Shown piece after piece: positions 48,724 to 61,694 of a DNA stretch of 64,000 nt (position 1 is the first letter of the stretch; each line of letters begins with the position of its first letter). This stretch comes from Desulfobacterales bacterium (GTDB taxonomy: Bacteria; Desulfobacterota; Desulfobacteria; Desulfobacterales; UBA2174): assembly GCA_963668645.2 (NCBI GenBank), contig CAXXWC010000008.1, forward strand, positions 96,001 to 160,000, written 5' to 3'. Below the pieces are notes generated by a model. It was not told where the DNA came from. It searched no databases and was given only the letters and a program-made list of their open reading frames with translations. Made by a program: the position numbers and the translations under genes.

Positions 48724-50034
48724 ATGAAGACACCTGTGTGGCGCCCTCTATTGCTGGCATGTCTCCTCGTTTTTGCCGCCATCCATCTGCTTCCCGTTCC
48801 TGCCGATCCTGGAAAGTCGGCACCGGCGGTGGTCGAAGTACCGGCTTCCAACCTGCCGGCAGATTCCGCTGTGCAAGACCGGTCCGAAAAGGAGACCGCC
48901 TCCCTTTACGGGATTCCTCTGGAAGGGCTCGATCCGGTATACGGCAAAATTGCCCGGGGGGAAACCCTGGCCGACATTCTGAGACGCGCTGGAGTCGACT
49001 ATGGCCGCGTTCTTGAGGCGGCCGGAGCCTGCAAGGGGGTGTTCAACCTTCGCCGGATGCGGGCCGGCAACCCTTATTGTCTGATGAGGGACGAAGCGGG
49101 CGGCCTGCGCTATTTCATTTACGAGGCTTCCCTGCGCGACTACGTGGTTTTTGATCTGACCGCGGCGCCCACCGTCGTTGCCGGGCAAAAGCCGGTTCAG
49201 ACCGAACTGCGCAGTGTGGCCGCCACGGTGGCCTCATCTTTGTGGGACGCCTTGCAAAGCCAGGACGTCAGCCCGGAATTGATCGTCCAACTCGACGATG
49301 TGTTCGGCCAGGTGGTGGATCTTTTTTACCTGCAGCCGGGTGACGAGATCCATATGGTCTATGAGGACATCCTGGTCGATGGCCAACGGGCCGCGCCGGG
49401 CCGTATCCAGGCGGCGCGGTTGGTGCACGAGGGGAGCGTCTACAACGCCTTTTACCATGAAACCGCTACGCGCCAGGGGTATTTCGACGAAACGGGGCGC
49501 AGCCTGCAGCGCACTTTTCTCAAAGCGCCGCTCAAATATACCCGCATCAGTTCGGGATTTTCCGATCGCCGCTTTCATCCGATTCTCAAACTTTACCGCA
49601 AACACCACGCAATCGACTACGCAGCGCCTGCGGGCACGCCGATTCTGGCTGTGGGCGACGGCAAGGTCCTGTCTACCGGCTACGACAAAAATGCCGGCCG
49701 GTACATCCGCCTGCGCCACGGCAGCCGCTACGAGAGCCGCTACATCCACTTGTCAAGGTTTGCCAAGGGAATGCGCAAAGGGCGTTTCGTCAAGCGCGGG
49801 GAGGTCATCGGCTACGTGGGCCAGACCGGCCTGGCGACCGGTCCCCACCTTGATTTTGCATTTTACCGCGATGGGGCTGCCGTCAATTTCCGCAAGATCG
49901 AATCGCCGCCGGCCGAACCGCTGGCCGCCGACCAGATGGCCTGCTTCCAGGAGCGGGTGGCACAGTACATTCCCCGCCTCGAATCGGCCATGGTGGTGTC
50001 CGAATCCGAAAATCAAGACCGGGGCGGGGCCTGA
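48724..50034 (+). CDS. M23-family peptidoglycan DD-endopeptidase, MepM-like
   Basis: N-terminal TM; RFHPIL...HHAIDYAAPAGTP, YIHL, GLATGPHLDF. Confidence 0.9.
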   Translation: MKTPVWRPLLLACLLVFAAIHLLPVPADPGKSAPAVVEVPASNLPADSAVQDRSEKETASLYGIPLEGLDPVYGKIARGETLADILRRAGVDYGRVLEAAGACKGVFNLRRMRAGNPYCLMRDEAGGLRYFIYEASLRDYVVFDLTAAPTVVAGQKPVQTELRSVAATVASSLWDALQSQDVSPELIVQLDDVFGQVVDLFYLQPGDEIHMVYEDILVDGQRAAPGRIQAARLVHEGSVYNAFYHETATRQGYFDETGRSLQRTFLKAPLKYTRISSGFSDRRFHPILKLYRKHHAIDYAAPAGTPILAVGDGKVLSTGYDKNAGRYIRLRHGSRYESRYIHLSRFAKGMRKGRFVKRGEVIGYVGQTGLATGPHLDFAFYRDGAAVNFRKIESPPAEPLAADQMACFQERVAQYIPRLESAMVVSESENQDRGGA

Positions 50035-50399
50035 ATCCCCGGCCGGGGCGAACGCTACCTGAGGCGGCCGCCCCATTTTTATCATGGGGTAATTCCACTT
50101 CCCAAGAGCCGCCGGTTTCCGCCGTCCTTGCCGCACCTGCCCGCCAAAAACCGATTTATCCCGTCGCAGCCACCCTGCTTTTTTTGCCTGAACCGGATGC
50201 CGTTCACAGGCAGAAATGCTGCGGCGATCCTATGTCGGCGACCGGTCTGCCTGCTCCGGTTGGCGGATACGAGGTTGCAAAAATGTATTTTTTTTCGGTA
50301 AATAATTACATATTTGGATATATCCCCTGATCTGCGTGGGCATCTTTATTTGGGGTTAAGATCCTGGAATAATTAGTTGATGCCCATATTGTGGGGAGA

Positions 50400-50414
50400 T
50401 GGCACGTCCATTGC
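50400..50414 (+). promoter_or_regulatory. Sigma-54 promoter of glnD-amtB-PII-glnA
   Basis: TGGCAC-GTCCA-TTGC preceded by an AT-rich tract (about 50280-50380). Confidence 0.85.
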
Positions 50415-50451
50415 TTTAAATTCGAACAAACTGGATACACAGACAGGACCC

Positions 50452-53138
50452 ATGAAGACCAAACGAACCATTGCCCATAACCCGGATTTGCCCCCCGCCG
50501 CAGTGCTTTTCGCTGCCCGAGAGGCCCTGGTGAACCGAATTTTGCGCGGTGAGGTGGCCGATCCCCTGGGATCGTTGACGGCGCTTCTGGACGATTATTT
50601 CCGGCGGCGCTTCGAGGCCAGCATGGTCGGCCCGCGCATCGGTTTGGTGCGCAATCCTTATGCCATTATCGCCCTGGGTGGCTACGGGCGGGGCGAACAA
50701 TGCATGCAAAGCGACGTCGATCTGATGCTGCTTTTCGAAAGCAAGCTTCCCAAAGAGACCGACGGATTGATCCGCGAGGTCGTCTACCCCTTGTGGGACG
50801 CCGGCATGGACGTGGGCCATGCCACCCGCAGCATCAAGGAATGCCTGCGTATGAGCCGCCAGGACTTCGAGGTGCTCACCTCGCTGCTCGACGCACGTTT
50901 CATCTGCGGCCAGAGCCGGCTTTATACCGAGCTTATGGAAAGACTGCGCCAGTCCGTGATCCACTCCAAAAGAGCGGAAATTATCCGCTGGCTCATCGAG
51001 ACCAACCAGGCGCGCCACAGGCGCTTCGGTGACTCGTCCTATCTGCTTGAACCGAACCTCAAAGAGGGGCGGGGAGGCCTGCGCGACTATCACACCATGC
51101 TGTGGATCGCGCGCATCAAGTCAGACATTCACCATCGCCGTGACCTGGAGTACTACGGATATCTGTCCCACGATGAATACACCGCCTTCGAAGAGGCGCT
51201 CGGCTTCGTATGGCGGGTGCGCAACCGGCTTCACCATGTTTCCGGCCGTAAGAACGATCAGCTCCATTTCGAACACCAGGTGCGCCTGGCCCGCCAGATG
51301 GGGTACGCCGCCAGCGGAGGGCAGCAGCCGGTGGAGCGCTTTCTGGGCCAGCTCCACGCCCAGATGGAGTTGATCAAAGAGAAGCATTTGATGTTTCTCT
51401 ACGAACAGGGATACGCCATGCGCCGGCCGCGGCGCCGGGATGCCTCGCCCACCGGCACGGCCGGCATCGAGGTGGACGGTGGCCGTCTGGCGTTTTGTAC
51501 GCCGGAAGAGATCGTGACCCGGCCCGGGCTGCTGCTCGACATCTTCGAGGCCTCGGCGCGCCTGCGCATGCCGTTGGGGGCCGAAGCCAAGCGGCTGGTA
51601 CGCGAATTTTTGCACCTGGTGGACGACTCGACCCTCACCGACCCCGAGAATCTGGCGGTCTTTGAGCGCATTCTGGTGCAACCCGCCCCCCATTTCAATG
51701 TGTTCAGCGAGATGCGGCGCACCGGAATCCTCTTTCGCCTCATTCCCGAGCTGCAAAGTATCCAGGATCGCATCCAATACGACGCCTATCACCTCTTTCC
51801 GGTCGATCGTCATTCGTTGCGGGTGGTGCGCACCCTTAAAAGCTTCGGCAGCCAGGACGACCGATCCAACGATCCGCTTTGCGGTGAACTGTACCGCCTC
51901 CTGCGCCAGCGCCGCCAGCTGCTGTGGGCCGCCTTGCTCCACGATATCGGCAAGGGGCAGACCGGCGGCGATCATGCCCGGCGCGGCGCCGAGATCGTCC
52001 GTACGATCCTCGGACGCCTGGGCTACCGGGAAAAAGACATCGATACGGTGGCTTTCCTGGTGGCCGAGCACCTGCTGCTGATCAAGGCCGCCACCCGCAG
52101 GGACATCAACGACGAGGAGACGGCCATCAACTGCGCCCGGCGCATCCAGGATGTGACCCGGTTGCGGATGCTTTATCTGCTCACGGTAGCCGATTCCATG
52201 TCCACCGGGCCCAAGGCCTGGAACCAATGGACCGGGGTTTTACTGCGCGAGTTCTTCTTTAAGGTACTCAACACCCTGGAACGCGGCGAACTGGCCACCG
52301 GCGAAGTGGTGGCCTCGGTGGCGGTCAAACAGCGTCAACTGCTGGAACAGGCCGCAACCGCCGAGGAAGCCGAGATGCTTGAACGTCTCTTTGCCCTCAT
52401 GTCGCCGCGCTACCTGATCCATTTCGGCATCGAAGAGATGGCCAAGCATGCCGCCTTGTACCGCCGGCTCGACAAGGCGCCCTTTGTCTGGGATGTCTGC
52501 CCTTCGCCGGATACCCGGACCCGCACCGTGACGATCTGCGCCCAGGACCGTCCCGGTCTGTTTTCCAAGATGGCCGGGATCTTCACCCTTCACGGGATGA
52601 ACATTTTAAGCTCCCAGATTTTCACCTGGCGTAACAACATCGCGCTGGACATCTTCGAAGTCACCCCGCCGGCCGACCCCATTTTCGAGGCCGATCGCTG
52701 GCAGCAGGCTGCCAGCGATTTCGAAGCGGCCCTTGCCGATCGTCTCGACCTGGGCCAGGCCCTGGCCGAAAAGATAGCCGCCTGCCGGCCGCCGCACCAA
52801 CCGGTGGACCGCCGTCCGTCCAAGGTGGTGGTGGACAATGCCGGATCGAGCTTTTTTACCATCGTGGAGGTTTTCGCCGACGATTTTACCGGGCTGCTTT
52901 ACCGGGTTACCGACGCCTTGCTGCGTTGCCGGCTCGATATCTGGGTGGCCCGGGTGGCCACCCATGTGGATCAGGTGGTGGACGTTTTTTACGTGCGGGA
53001 TTTCGACGGTCAGAAGGTGGACAACCCCGATCAGGTGGCCGGCATCGAGAAGGCCGTGATGGCGGTGCTGGCCGACATAACCATGGACAAGGCCTGCCTG
53101 GTGCCGGCCAACATCGACAATGGAGGTACACACCGCGA

Positions 53139-53142
<4 letters not shown>
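50452..53142 (+). CDS. glnD: [Protein-PII] uridylyltransferase
   Basis: ALGGYGR...SDVDL, EPNLKEGRGGLRD, HD domain LLHDIGKG, two ACT domains (DRPGLF, DVFYV). Confidence 0.95.
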
Positions 53143-54828
<1,686 letters not shown>

Positions 54829-54960
54829 AAGGGAGCCGTCTTTCCGGGCGGACCGGTCTGATCCGTCTGCCCCGGCTTCAGGCCAAAGGGCGGTACGAAT
54901 GTTGAGACATTCACAGGATTGTAACAAACCTCATTCAAACCTACAGCAAGGAGAAAGGCA

Positions 54961-56373
54961 ATGACACCCGCAGAAGTTCTCAAGATGGCAAAGGAAAAAG
55001 GCGTAAAGGTCGTCGATATCCGCTTCATGGATTTTCCCGGCATGTGGCAGCATTTCAGCGTACCGGTCAAGGAACTGGACGAGGGCAGCTTCGAGGACGG
55101 GTTCGGCTTCGACGGATCGAGCATCCGCGGCTGGCAGCCGATCAACGCCAGCGACATGCTGGTGATCCCGGACGCCGCGACGGCCAAGATCGATCCATTC
55201 TTCGACGTGCCGACCCTCGTGCTCATCGGCGACATCGTCGACCCGGTGACCCGTGAGTCCTACAGCCGCGATCCGCGCTACATCGCCAAGAAGGCCGAAG
55301 CCTATCTGAAGCGCACCGGCATCGGCGACACGGCTTTCATCGGTCCTGAGGCGGAGTTTTTCATCTTCGACAACATCCAGTACGAGTCGGGCCGCAACCT
55401 GAGCTATTACGAGATCGATTCGGTCGAGGCCACCTGGAACACCGGCCGCGACGAAGGCCCCAACCTCGGGTACAAGCCGCGCCACAAGGAAGGCTATTTT
55501 CCGGTTCCGCCCACCGACAAGTTCCAGAACCTGCGCACCGAGATGCTCCTGACCCTCGAAAGCCTCGGCATCGAAGTCGAGTGCCAGCACCACGAGGTGG
55601 CCACCGCCGGCCAGTCCGAGATCGACATGCGCTTCAAGCCGCTGCTGCAGATGTCCGACCAGCTCATGTGGTTCAAGTACGTGCTCAAGAACGTCGCCTA
55701 CCGCGCCGGGCACACCGTGACCTTCATGCCCAAGCCGCTGTTCGAGGACAACGGTTCGGGCATGCACACCCACCTGAGCATCTGGAAGGGCGGCCAGCCC
55801 TTGTTTGCCGGCGACAAGTACGCCGGCGTCAGCCAGGAGGCGCTCTACGCCATCGGCGGGATCCTCAAGCACTGCCGGGCCATCTGCGCCATCAGCAACC
55901 CGACGACCAACTCCTATAAACGCCTGGTGCCCGGGTTCGAGGCGCCGGTCAACCTGGCCTACTCCAGCCGCAACCGCTCGGCGGCCGTTCGCATTCCGAT
56001 GTACTCGGCCTCACCCAAGGCCAAGCGCATCGAATTTCGTACCCCGGACCCCTCGTGCAACGGCTATCTCGCCTTTTCGGCGATCCTCATGGCCGCCATC
56101 GACGGGATCGAGAACAAGATCGATCCGGGCGATCCCCTGGACAAGAACATCTACGATCTGCCGCCCGAAGAGCTGGCCAACATCCCCTCGGCCCCCGGCT
56201 CCCTCGATGCGGCGCTTGCCGCCCTGCAGGAAGACAACGCCTTTTTGCTCAAGGGCGATGTTTTCACCCAGGACGTGCTCGACATGTGGATCGACTACAA
56301 GACGGCCAACGAGGTGAATCCGGTGCGGCTGCGGCCCCATCCCCACGAATTCTTCCTCTACTACGACATTTAA
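54961..56373 (+). CDS. glnA: Glutamine synthetase type I (beta)
   Basis: [28 protein letters not shown], adenylylation-site NIYDLPPE. Confidence 0.97.
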   Translation: MTPAEVLKMAKEKGVKVVDIRFMDFPGMWQHFSVPVKELDEGSFEDGFGFDGSSIRGWQPINASDMLVIPDAATAKIDPFFDVPTLVLIGDIVDPVTRESYSRDPRYIAKKAEAYLKRTGIGDTAFIGPEAEFFIFDNIQYESGRNLSYYEIDSVEATWNTGRDEGPNLGYKPRHKEGYFPVPPTDKFQNLRTEMLLTLESLGIEVECQHHEVATAGQSEIDMRFKPLLQMSDQLMWFKYVLKNVAYRAGHTVTFMPKPLFEDNGSGMHTHLSIWKGGQPLFAGDKYAGVSQEALYAIGGILKHCRAICAISNPTTNSYKRLVPGFEAPVNLAYSSRNRSAAVRIPMYSASPKAKRIEFRTPDPSCNGYLAFSAILMAAIDGIENKIDPGDPLDKNIYDLPPEELANIPSAPGSLDAALAALQEDNAFLLKGDVFTQDVLDMWIDYKTANEVNPVRLRPHPHEFFLYYDI

Positions 56374-56375
56374 TA

Positions 56376-56417
56376 AAAAGGCGGGTGCGGGGGCTTCGAC
56401 TCCCGCACCCGCCTTTT
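56376..56417 (+). terminator. Intrinsic terminator after glnA
   Basis: AAAAGGCGGGTGCGGG...CCCGCACCCGCCTTTT. Confidence 0.88.
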
Positions 56418-56577
56418 GAAAACGACCGACAGGCCCCCCGGATAGCCTCGCAGGCGACCGTTCACGCGATTCGGGGCTGGCCACATTTCATCCGGAAGGC
56501 GTGAAATCGCCTTGACACTATCCACAGGGCGGTGGTAGGGGATATGCCATTCTAAATTTTAAGACTGGATCGAAACC

Positions 56578-56658
56578 ATGCTGATTTTTTTTCAGGGAAG
56601 CACTAACGCTTATCGGTGGTATTATTATTACCCCACTGGTCTGCTCGAGGCGCCCTGA
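56578..56658 (+). CDS. Aromatic amino acid-rich attenuator leader peptide MLIFFQGSTNAYRWYYYYPTGLLEAP
   Basis: 26-codon ORF (below the ORF-track cutoff) with 2 Phe, 1 Trp and 5 Tyr, between a TTGACA at 56512 and the DAHP synthase gene. Confidence 0.82.
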   Translation: MLIFFQGSTNAYRWYYYYPTGLLEAP

Positions 56659-56720
56659 AGGAAAGTCGTTTTAACCATCGAAGGCCGCGGGCAGATCAGA
56701 CTGCCGGCGGCCTTTGTGTT
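56614..56720 (+). promoter_or_regulatory. Transcription attenuator (alternative antiterminator and terminator hairpins)
   Basis: CGGTGG/CCACTG stem over the Trp/Tyr codons; GGTCTGCTCG (56638-56647) pairs with CGGGCAGATC (56688-56697); terminator AAGGCCGCGGGCAG...CTGCCGGCGGCCTTTGTGTT (56681-56720). Confidence 0.78.
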
Positions 56721-56823
56721 GCATCCAAGAGGCCGCTGGCAAAAATCTGCCGCGGCTTTCGCATTTGGACCGGCCGTTTTCGCCCCGTTTGGCAAGGCGG
56801 CAGTCCCGCGAAAGGATCCTGTG

Positions 56824-57906
56824 ATGCAATTGACGCATGATTTACGGATTGAGGCCTACATTCCCCTGATGACGCCCGACCGGCTCAAGGAAATGGTGCC
56901 GGTCAGCCGGGCGGCGGCCGCCGCCATCACCTCCGGGCGGGAGGCCATCGGCCGAATCCTGGACGGCCATGACCCGCGGCTGCTGGTGATCTGCGGCCCG
57001 TGTTCGATCCACGACGAGAAGGCGGCCTACGAGTATGCCGAACGGTTGGCGGCGCTGAGCCACTCGGTCAAAGAGACCCTCCTGATCGTGATGCGGGTCT
57101 ACTTTGAAAAGCCTCGCACCACCGTCGGCTGGAAGGGCTTGATCAACGATCCGGTCATGGACGGATCCTGCGACATCGAGGCGGGCCTTTTCAAGGCGCG
57201 CCAGATCCTGCTGCGGATCAATGAGATGGGACTTCCCACGGCTACCGAGATGCTCGAGCCGATCATTCCCCAGTACGTGGCCGGTTTGGTTAGCTGGGCC
57301 GCCATCGGGGCTCGCACCACCGAGAGCCAGACCCACCGGGAGATGGCCAGCGGCCTGTCCATGCCCGTGGGGTTCAAGAACGGCACCGACGGCAGCCTCG
57401 ACGTGGCGGTCAACGCCATGCTGGCCGCCCGCGCCCCCCAGAGCTTCGTGGGCATCGATCAGCAGGGGCACACCAGCGTGGTCAAGACTACGGGCAATCC
57501 GCGCTGCCATCTGGTGTTGCGCGGCGGCCGGCGGCCCAACTACGACAGCACGAGCATCGAAGCGGCCCGCATGCAGCTCGTGGCCCACGATCTGCCCCAA
57601 CAGATCATGGTGGATTGCTCCCATGCCAACTCGATGAAAAAGCACCAGGGCCAGCCCATCGTGTGGCACAACGTCGTCGAGCAGCGGGTGCACGGTAACG
57701 ACGCCATCATCGGGCTGATGCTGGAAAGCAACCTGCACGAAGGCCGCCAGAACTACAACCCGGATCCGGCCCGGCTGCGCTACGGGGTTTCGCTCACCGA
57801 CGAGTGCATCTCCTGGCAGACCACCGAGACCCTGCTGCGCTGGGCCCACGAAAAGCTCCAGCCTGAAATCGAATCCCGGCTAGCAGCCGCCAATCGAGAC
57901 GTCTGA
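56824..57906 (+). CDS. aroF: 3-deoxy-7-phosphoheptulonate (DAHP) synthase, type I-alpha
   Basis: [39 protein letters not shown]; the isoenzyme (aroF/G/H) cannot be resolved from motifs. Confidence 0.93.
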   Translation: MQLTHDLRIEAYIPLMTPDRLKEMVPVSRAAAAAITSGREAIGRILDGHDPRLLVICGPCSIHDEKAAYEYAERLAALSHSVKETLLIVMRVYFEKPRTTVGWKGLINDPVMDGSCDIEAGLFKARQILLRINEMGLPTATEMLEPIIPQYVAGLVSWAAIGARTTESQTHREMASGLSMPVGFKNGTDGSLDVAVNAMLAARAPQSFVGIDQQGHTSVVKTTGNPRCHLVLRGGRRPNYDSTSIEAARMQLVAHDLPQQIMVDCSHANSMKKHQGQPIVWHNVVEQRVHGNDAIIGLMLESNLHEGRQNYNPDPARLRYGVSLTDECISWQTTETLLRWAHEKLQPEIESRLAAANRDV

Positions 57907-57939
57907 AGGGGCCGAACCGCAGGGGATTTGGGGTGAATT

Positions 57940-58980
57940 ATGAAAACGTTTCACATCCGAGGCCGGAACGGAACATCGGTCATCGAGGTGGGGCCCGCCC
58001 TGGCCGGGATCGGGCGGTGGCTCCCCGTGGCACGCACCGTAATCGTGACCGATGGTCCGGTTCGCCGCCTGCACGCAGAACGGCTGCCCGCCTGCCCGGT
58101 GATCGAGATCGGTACCGGCGAGTCCGCCAAGACCCTGGAGACCGTGGCGGCCGTCCACCGGAAACTGCTGGCGCTGGAGGCCGACCGCGGAACATTTTTG
58201 CTCGCTGTGGGCGGCGGGCTGGTCTGCGATGTGGGCGGCTTTGCGGCCTCAACCTACATGCGTGGGATCCGCTTCGCCCTGGTGGCCACTACTCTCCTGG
58301 CCCAGGTGGACGCATCGGTGGGTGGCAAGAACGGGGTCAACCTGGACGGCTACAAGAATATTGTCGGTGTTTTCAACCAGCCCGAACGGGTGATCTGCGA
58401 TCCGAGCCTGCTGGCCACCCTGCCGCCGGCGGCCCTGGGGTGCGGGTTTGCCGAAATCATCAAACACGCGGCCATCGCAGATACGGATCTGTTCGCTTTT
58501 CTGGAAGAGCACCGCACCGCGGCCCTGGCCCTCGACCGGGCGGTGATTACCCGCCTGGTCTACGATTCGGTGCGCATCAAGGCCGAAATCGTCAATCGCG
58601 ACGAACGCGAGAGCGGCGAGCGGCGCAAGCTCAACTTCGGCCACACTTTCGGGCATGCGGTGGAAAAGGTCCTCGCCGTGCCCCACGGCGAAGCGGTCAG
58701 CCGCGGCATGGCAGTGGCGGCGCAACTTTCGGTTGCCCGCGGCCGCTTGGACCCCGCAGCCTGTGAACGGCTGCTGGCCCTGATCAGGGCCTACGGGCTG
58801 CCGGTGGAAATCGGCGGCGACCGGAAGGCTCTTCTCCAGGCCCTGGCCCGCGACAAGAAGCGCGAAGGCGGGCAGATCCACTTCGTACTGCTTGACGATC
58901 TGGGCCGGGCCGTGGTCGAACCGGTCCCCCTGGACGAACTCGAGGCGGTCCTGACGGCCGATGCCGGAGCGGCCGGATGA
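57940..58980 (+). CDS. aroB: 3-dehydroquinate synthase
   Basis: GESAK, GGGLVCD, TTLLAQVDASVGGKNG, LNFGHTFGHAVE. Confidence 0.95.
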   Translation: MKTFHIRGRNGTSVIEVGPALAGIGRWLPVARTVIVTDGPVRRLHAERLPACPVIEIGTGESAKTLETVAAVHRKLLALEADRGTFLLAVGGGLVCDVGGFAASTYMRGIRFALVATTLLAQVDASVGGKNGVNLDGYKNIVGVFNQPERVICDPSLLATLPPAALGCGFAEIIKHAAIADTDLFAFLEEHRTAALALDRAVITRLVYDSVRIKAEIVNRDERESGERRKLNFGHTFGHAVEKVLAVPHGEAVSRGMAVAAQLSVARGRLDPAACERLLALIRAYGLPVEIGGDRKALLQALARDKKREGGQIHFVLLDDLGRAVVEPVPLDELEAVLTADAGAAG

Positions 58981-59819
58981 ATTTTTCACGTGTCGATGCC
59001 GCCAGCCCGGTCTACTGTGTCCTGGGAAATCCCGTAGGCCACAGCCTCAGCCCCCTGATGCACAACCGGGCCTTGGCCGCGGTGGCCTTGCCCGGGGTCT
59101 ATGTCGGGTTTGAGGTGGCGGATGCGGCCGCGGCCGTCAACGCCATCCGGGCCCTGGGCATCCGGGGGGCCAGCGTGACCATACCGCACAAGGTGGCGGT
59201 GATGGCCCATCTGGACCGGATCGACGAGACCGCCCGGGCCATCGGGGCGGTCAACACCGTGGACAACCGCGACGGGGAACTGGTCGGCTACAACACCGAC
59301 GGCCAGGGTGCCCTGGACGCTCTTTTGACGGTCACCGAAGTGGCGGGCAGACGGGTGGCGCTCATCGGCGCCGGTGGTGCGGCCCGGGCCGTGGCCTGGA
59401 CCGTGAGCCGGGCCGGCGGGGAGGTCATGATATACAATCGCACCCCGCAGCGGGCCGCGGACCTGGCCCGGGACCTGGGCCTGGCGTACCGGCCTCTGGC
59501 CTATTTGGGGGCCGACCGTTTCGAGATTCTGATCAACACCACTCCGGTGGGTATGACGCCGCATCCCGATGCCGTGCCGGTGGATCCGGCGATCCTGAGG
59601 CCGCATACAGTGGTGATGGATATCGTCTACAATCCGGTGGAAACCGGCCTGCTGGCAGCGGCCCGCCGCAGTGGCTGTCTCACGGTGGACGGGGCGGCGA
59701 TGTTAATGGCCCAGGGGGCCCGGCAGTTCGAACTTTGGACCGGGATCCCGGCCCCGGCAGCCGTCATGCGCCAGGCCCTGGTGGAGGCCCTTTCCCCGGT
59801 TGGGGGCAAGACTGCCTGA
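58977..59819 (+). CDS. aroE: Shikimate dehydrogenase
   Basis: HSLSP, SVTIPHK, GAVNT, NTDG, GAGGAA. Confidence 0.95.
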   Translation: MNFSRVDAASPVYCVLGNPVGHSLSPLMHNRALAAVALPGVYVGFEVADAAAAVNAIRALGIRGASVTIPHKVAVMAHLDRIDETARAIGAVNTVDNRDGELVGYNTDGQGALDALLTVTEVAGRRVALIGAGGAARAVAWTVSRAGGEVMIYNRTPQRAADLARDLGLAYRPLAYLGADRFEILINTTPVGMTPHPDAVPVDPAILRPHTVVMDIVYNPVETGLLAAARRSGCLTVDGAAMLMAQGARQFELWTGIPAPAAVMRQALVEALSPVGGKTA

Positions 59820-59886
59820 GGTCCGAAGGTTTGCGTGAAAACGCGTTGCCAGTCCATGGATAGTAAACGTTGAAGGTTTTTCGGCC

Positions 59887-61149
59887 GTGAAACATATCCA
59901 ACCCCACACGATCACCGACGGCACCGTATCCGTCCCCGGCTCCAAGAGCTACACCCACCGGGCCCTGATCGCCGCGGCCCTCTGCGGCGGTCCCTGCCAG
60001 GTGGAAGGGATGCTCGACAGCGAGGATACCCGCATTACCCTGGCGGCCCTGGAACAGATGGGCGTGCGCACCGAGGCCCGGGGGCGCCATCTGTTGGTGC
60101 ACGGCCGGGCCGGGCGCCTTGGCCCCGCTGCGGCGCCCATCGAAATGGGCAATTCGGGCACCTCGACGCGCCTGCTGGCTGCCGTGGCCGCCCTGGGCCA
60201 GGGCCGTTACGTACTCCAGGGCTCGGCGCGCATGGCCCAGCGGCCCATCGGCGACCTGCTCGAGGCCCTGAACCAGATGGGAATCGGAGCGCGCAGCGTC
60301 AATGGCAACGGGTGCCCGCCGGTGGAAATCGAAGGCGGGCGGGCCGAGGGGGGCCGGGTGACCATCGACTGCCACCTCTCGAGCCAGTTTCTTTCGGCCA
60401 TTTTGCTCATCGCCCCCTGCTGCAGGAGCGATGTGACCATCGAAGTGGTGCGCGGACCGGTTTCGCGGCCCTACGTGGATCTGACCTGCGCCGTGATGCG
60501 CCGCTGCGGGATCCGCTTCGAGCGCAGGGACTATACCCATTTTCGAATTCCCGGGGGCCAGGTCTACCGGACCGATCTGCTCAAGGTGGAACCGGATTGC
60601 TCCCAGGCGAGCTATTTCTGGGCCGCGGCGGCCGTAGCCGGGGGACGGGTCAAGGTCGCCGGGATCGGCCCCGGGAGCCTCCAGGGCGATTTGGGATTTG
60701 TGCGGGTGCTCGAGCAGATGGGCTGCCGGCTCCAGTGGGCGCCCGACGGGGTCGCCGTGGCCGGCGGCGAACTGAAAGGCGTAGCGGTGGATATGGCCGA
60801 CATGCCCGATGTGGCGCCGACCCTGGCCGTGGTGGCGGCCTTTGCCCGGGGGGCCACCACCATCGGCGGGGTGGGCCATCTGAGGGAAAAAGAGAGCGAC
60901 CGGATCGGTGCCGTGGCCGGCGAACTATGCCGCATGGGCGTTCACGTCGAGACCGGCGCCGACTGGATACGGATCTACGGTGGCCGGCCCCACGGGGCCG
61001 AGATCCAGACCTACGACGACCACCGCATCGCCATGAGCTTTGCCGTGGCCGGCCTGCGGGTGCCGGGAATTACGATCCTGCGGCCCGAAGTGGTGGGGAA
61101 ATCGTTTCCCGATTTCTGGGACGTATTTGATCAGCTGTATACGCTGTGA
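59887..61149 (+). CDS. aroA: EPSP synthase
   Basis: PGSKS, GNSGT, SSQFLS, KESDR, DHRIAM. Confidence 0.95.
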   Translation: MKHIQPHTITDGTVSVPGSKSYTHRALIAAALCGGPCQVEGMLDSEDTRITLAALEQMGVRTEARGRHLLVHGRAGRLGPAAAPIEMGNSGTSTRLLAAVAALGQGRYVLQGSARMAQRPIGDLLEALNQMGIGARSVNGNGCPPVEIEGGRAEGGRVTIDCHLSSQFLSAILLIAPCCRSDVTIEVVRGPVSRPYVDLTCAVMRRCGIRFERRDYTHFRIPGGQVYRTDLLKVEPDCSQASYFWAAAAVAGGRVKVAGIGPGSLQGDLGFVRVLEQMGCRLQWAPDGVAVAGGELKGVAVDMADMPDVAPTLAVVAAFARGATTIGGVGHLREKESDRIGAVAGELCRMGVHVETGADWIRIYGGRPHGAEIQTYDDHRIAMSFAVAGLRVPGITILRPEVVGKSFPDFWDVFDQLYTL

Positions 61150-61694
61150 GTAATGAATGGATCGGTCCGATGAAAAGAGCCAACATCATCCTGACCGGCT
61201 TCATGGGCACGGGCAAGACCACGGTGGGCAAGCTTCTGGCCCGGCAGATGGACTATGATTTCGTCGACACCGACGAGCTGATCGAGGCGCGCCAGGGGTG
61301 CAGCGTCGCGGAAATCTTCCACACCCGGGGTGAAGCGGCGTTCAGGGCCCTGGAGGCCGAAGTGGCCAGGGAACTGGCCGGGCGCGAGGGGCTGGTGATC
61401 GCCACCGGCGGGCGCCTGATGCTCGACCGGGATAACGCTGAAACCCTGGGACGTACGGGCCGGATCTTCTGCCTGCACGCGGGCCCGGAAGAGATTCTGG
61501 CACGGGTGAGCCGCGACGGGGGCCCCTGCCGCCCGCTGCTGGAAGGGGCGGATCCGCTGGACGCCATCCGGTCTTTGCTGGCGCAAAGGGCGCAGGGGTA
61601 CGCCCGCTTCGAGAAGATCGAGACCACCGGTCGGACTCCCGGGGCGGTGGTGCAAGATTTGTCGGCCGCTTTAGGGCGGCTCGATGCTGAATAG
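61146..61694 (+). CDS. aroK: Shikimate kinase (alternative start 61170)
   Basis: GFMGTGKTT, DTD, GEAAFR, ATGG, RPLL. Confidence 0.93.
   Translation: MSNEWIGPMKRANIILTGFMGTGKTTVGKLLARQMDYDFVDTDELIEARQGCSVAEIFHTRGEAAFRALEAEVARELAGREGLVIATGGRLMLDRDNAETLGRTGRIFCLHAGPEEILARVSRDGGPCRPLLEGADPLDAIRSLLAQRAQGYARFEKIETTGRTPGAVVQDLSAALGRLDAE

Noticed and set aside
56385..56415. TTCGACTCCC resembling a tRNA T-arm
   Set aside because: It is part of a perfect terminator hairpin after glnA; no cloverleaf or CCA end.
56621..56631. (TAT)n microsatellite as a phase-variable repeat
   Set aside because: Better explained as the tandem Tyr control codons of the leader peptide.
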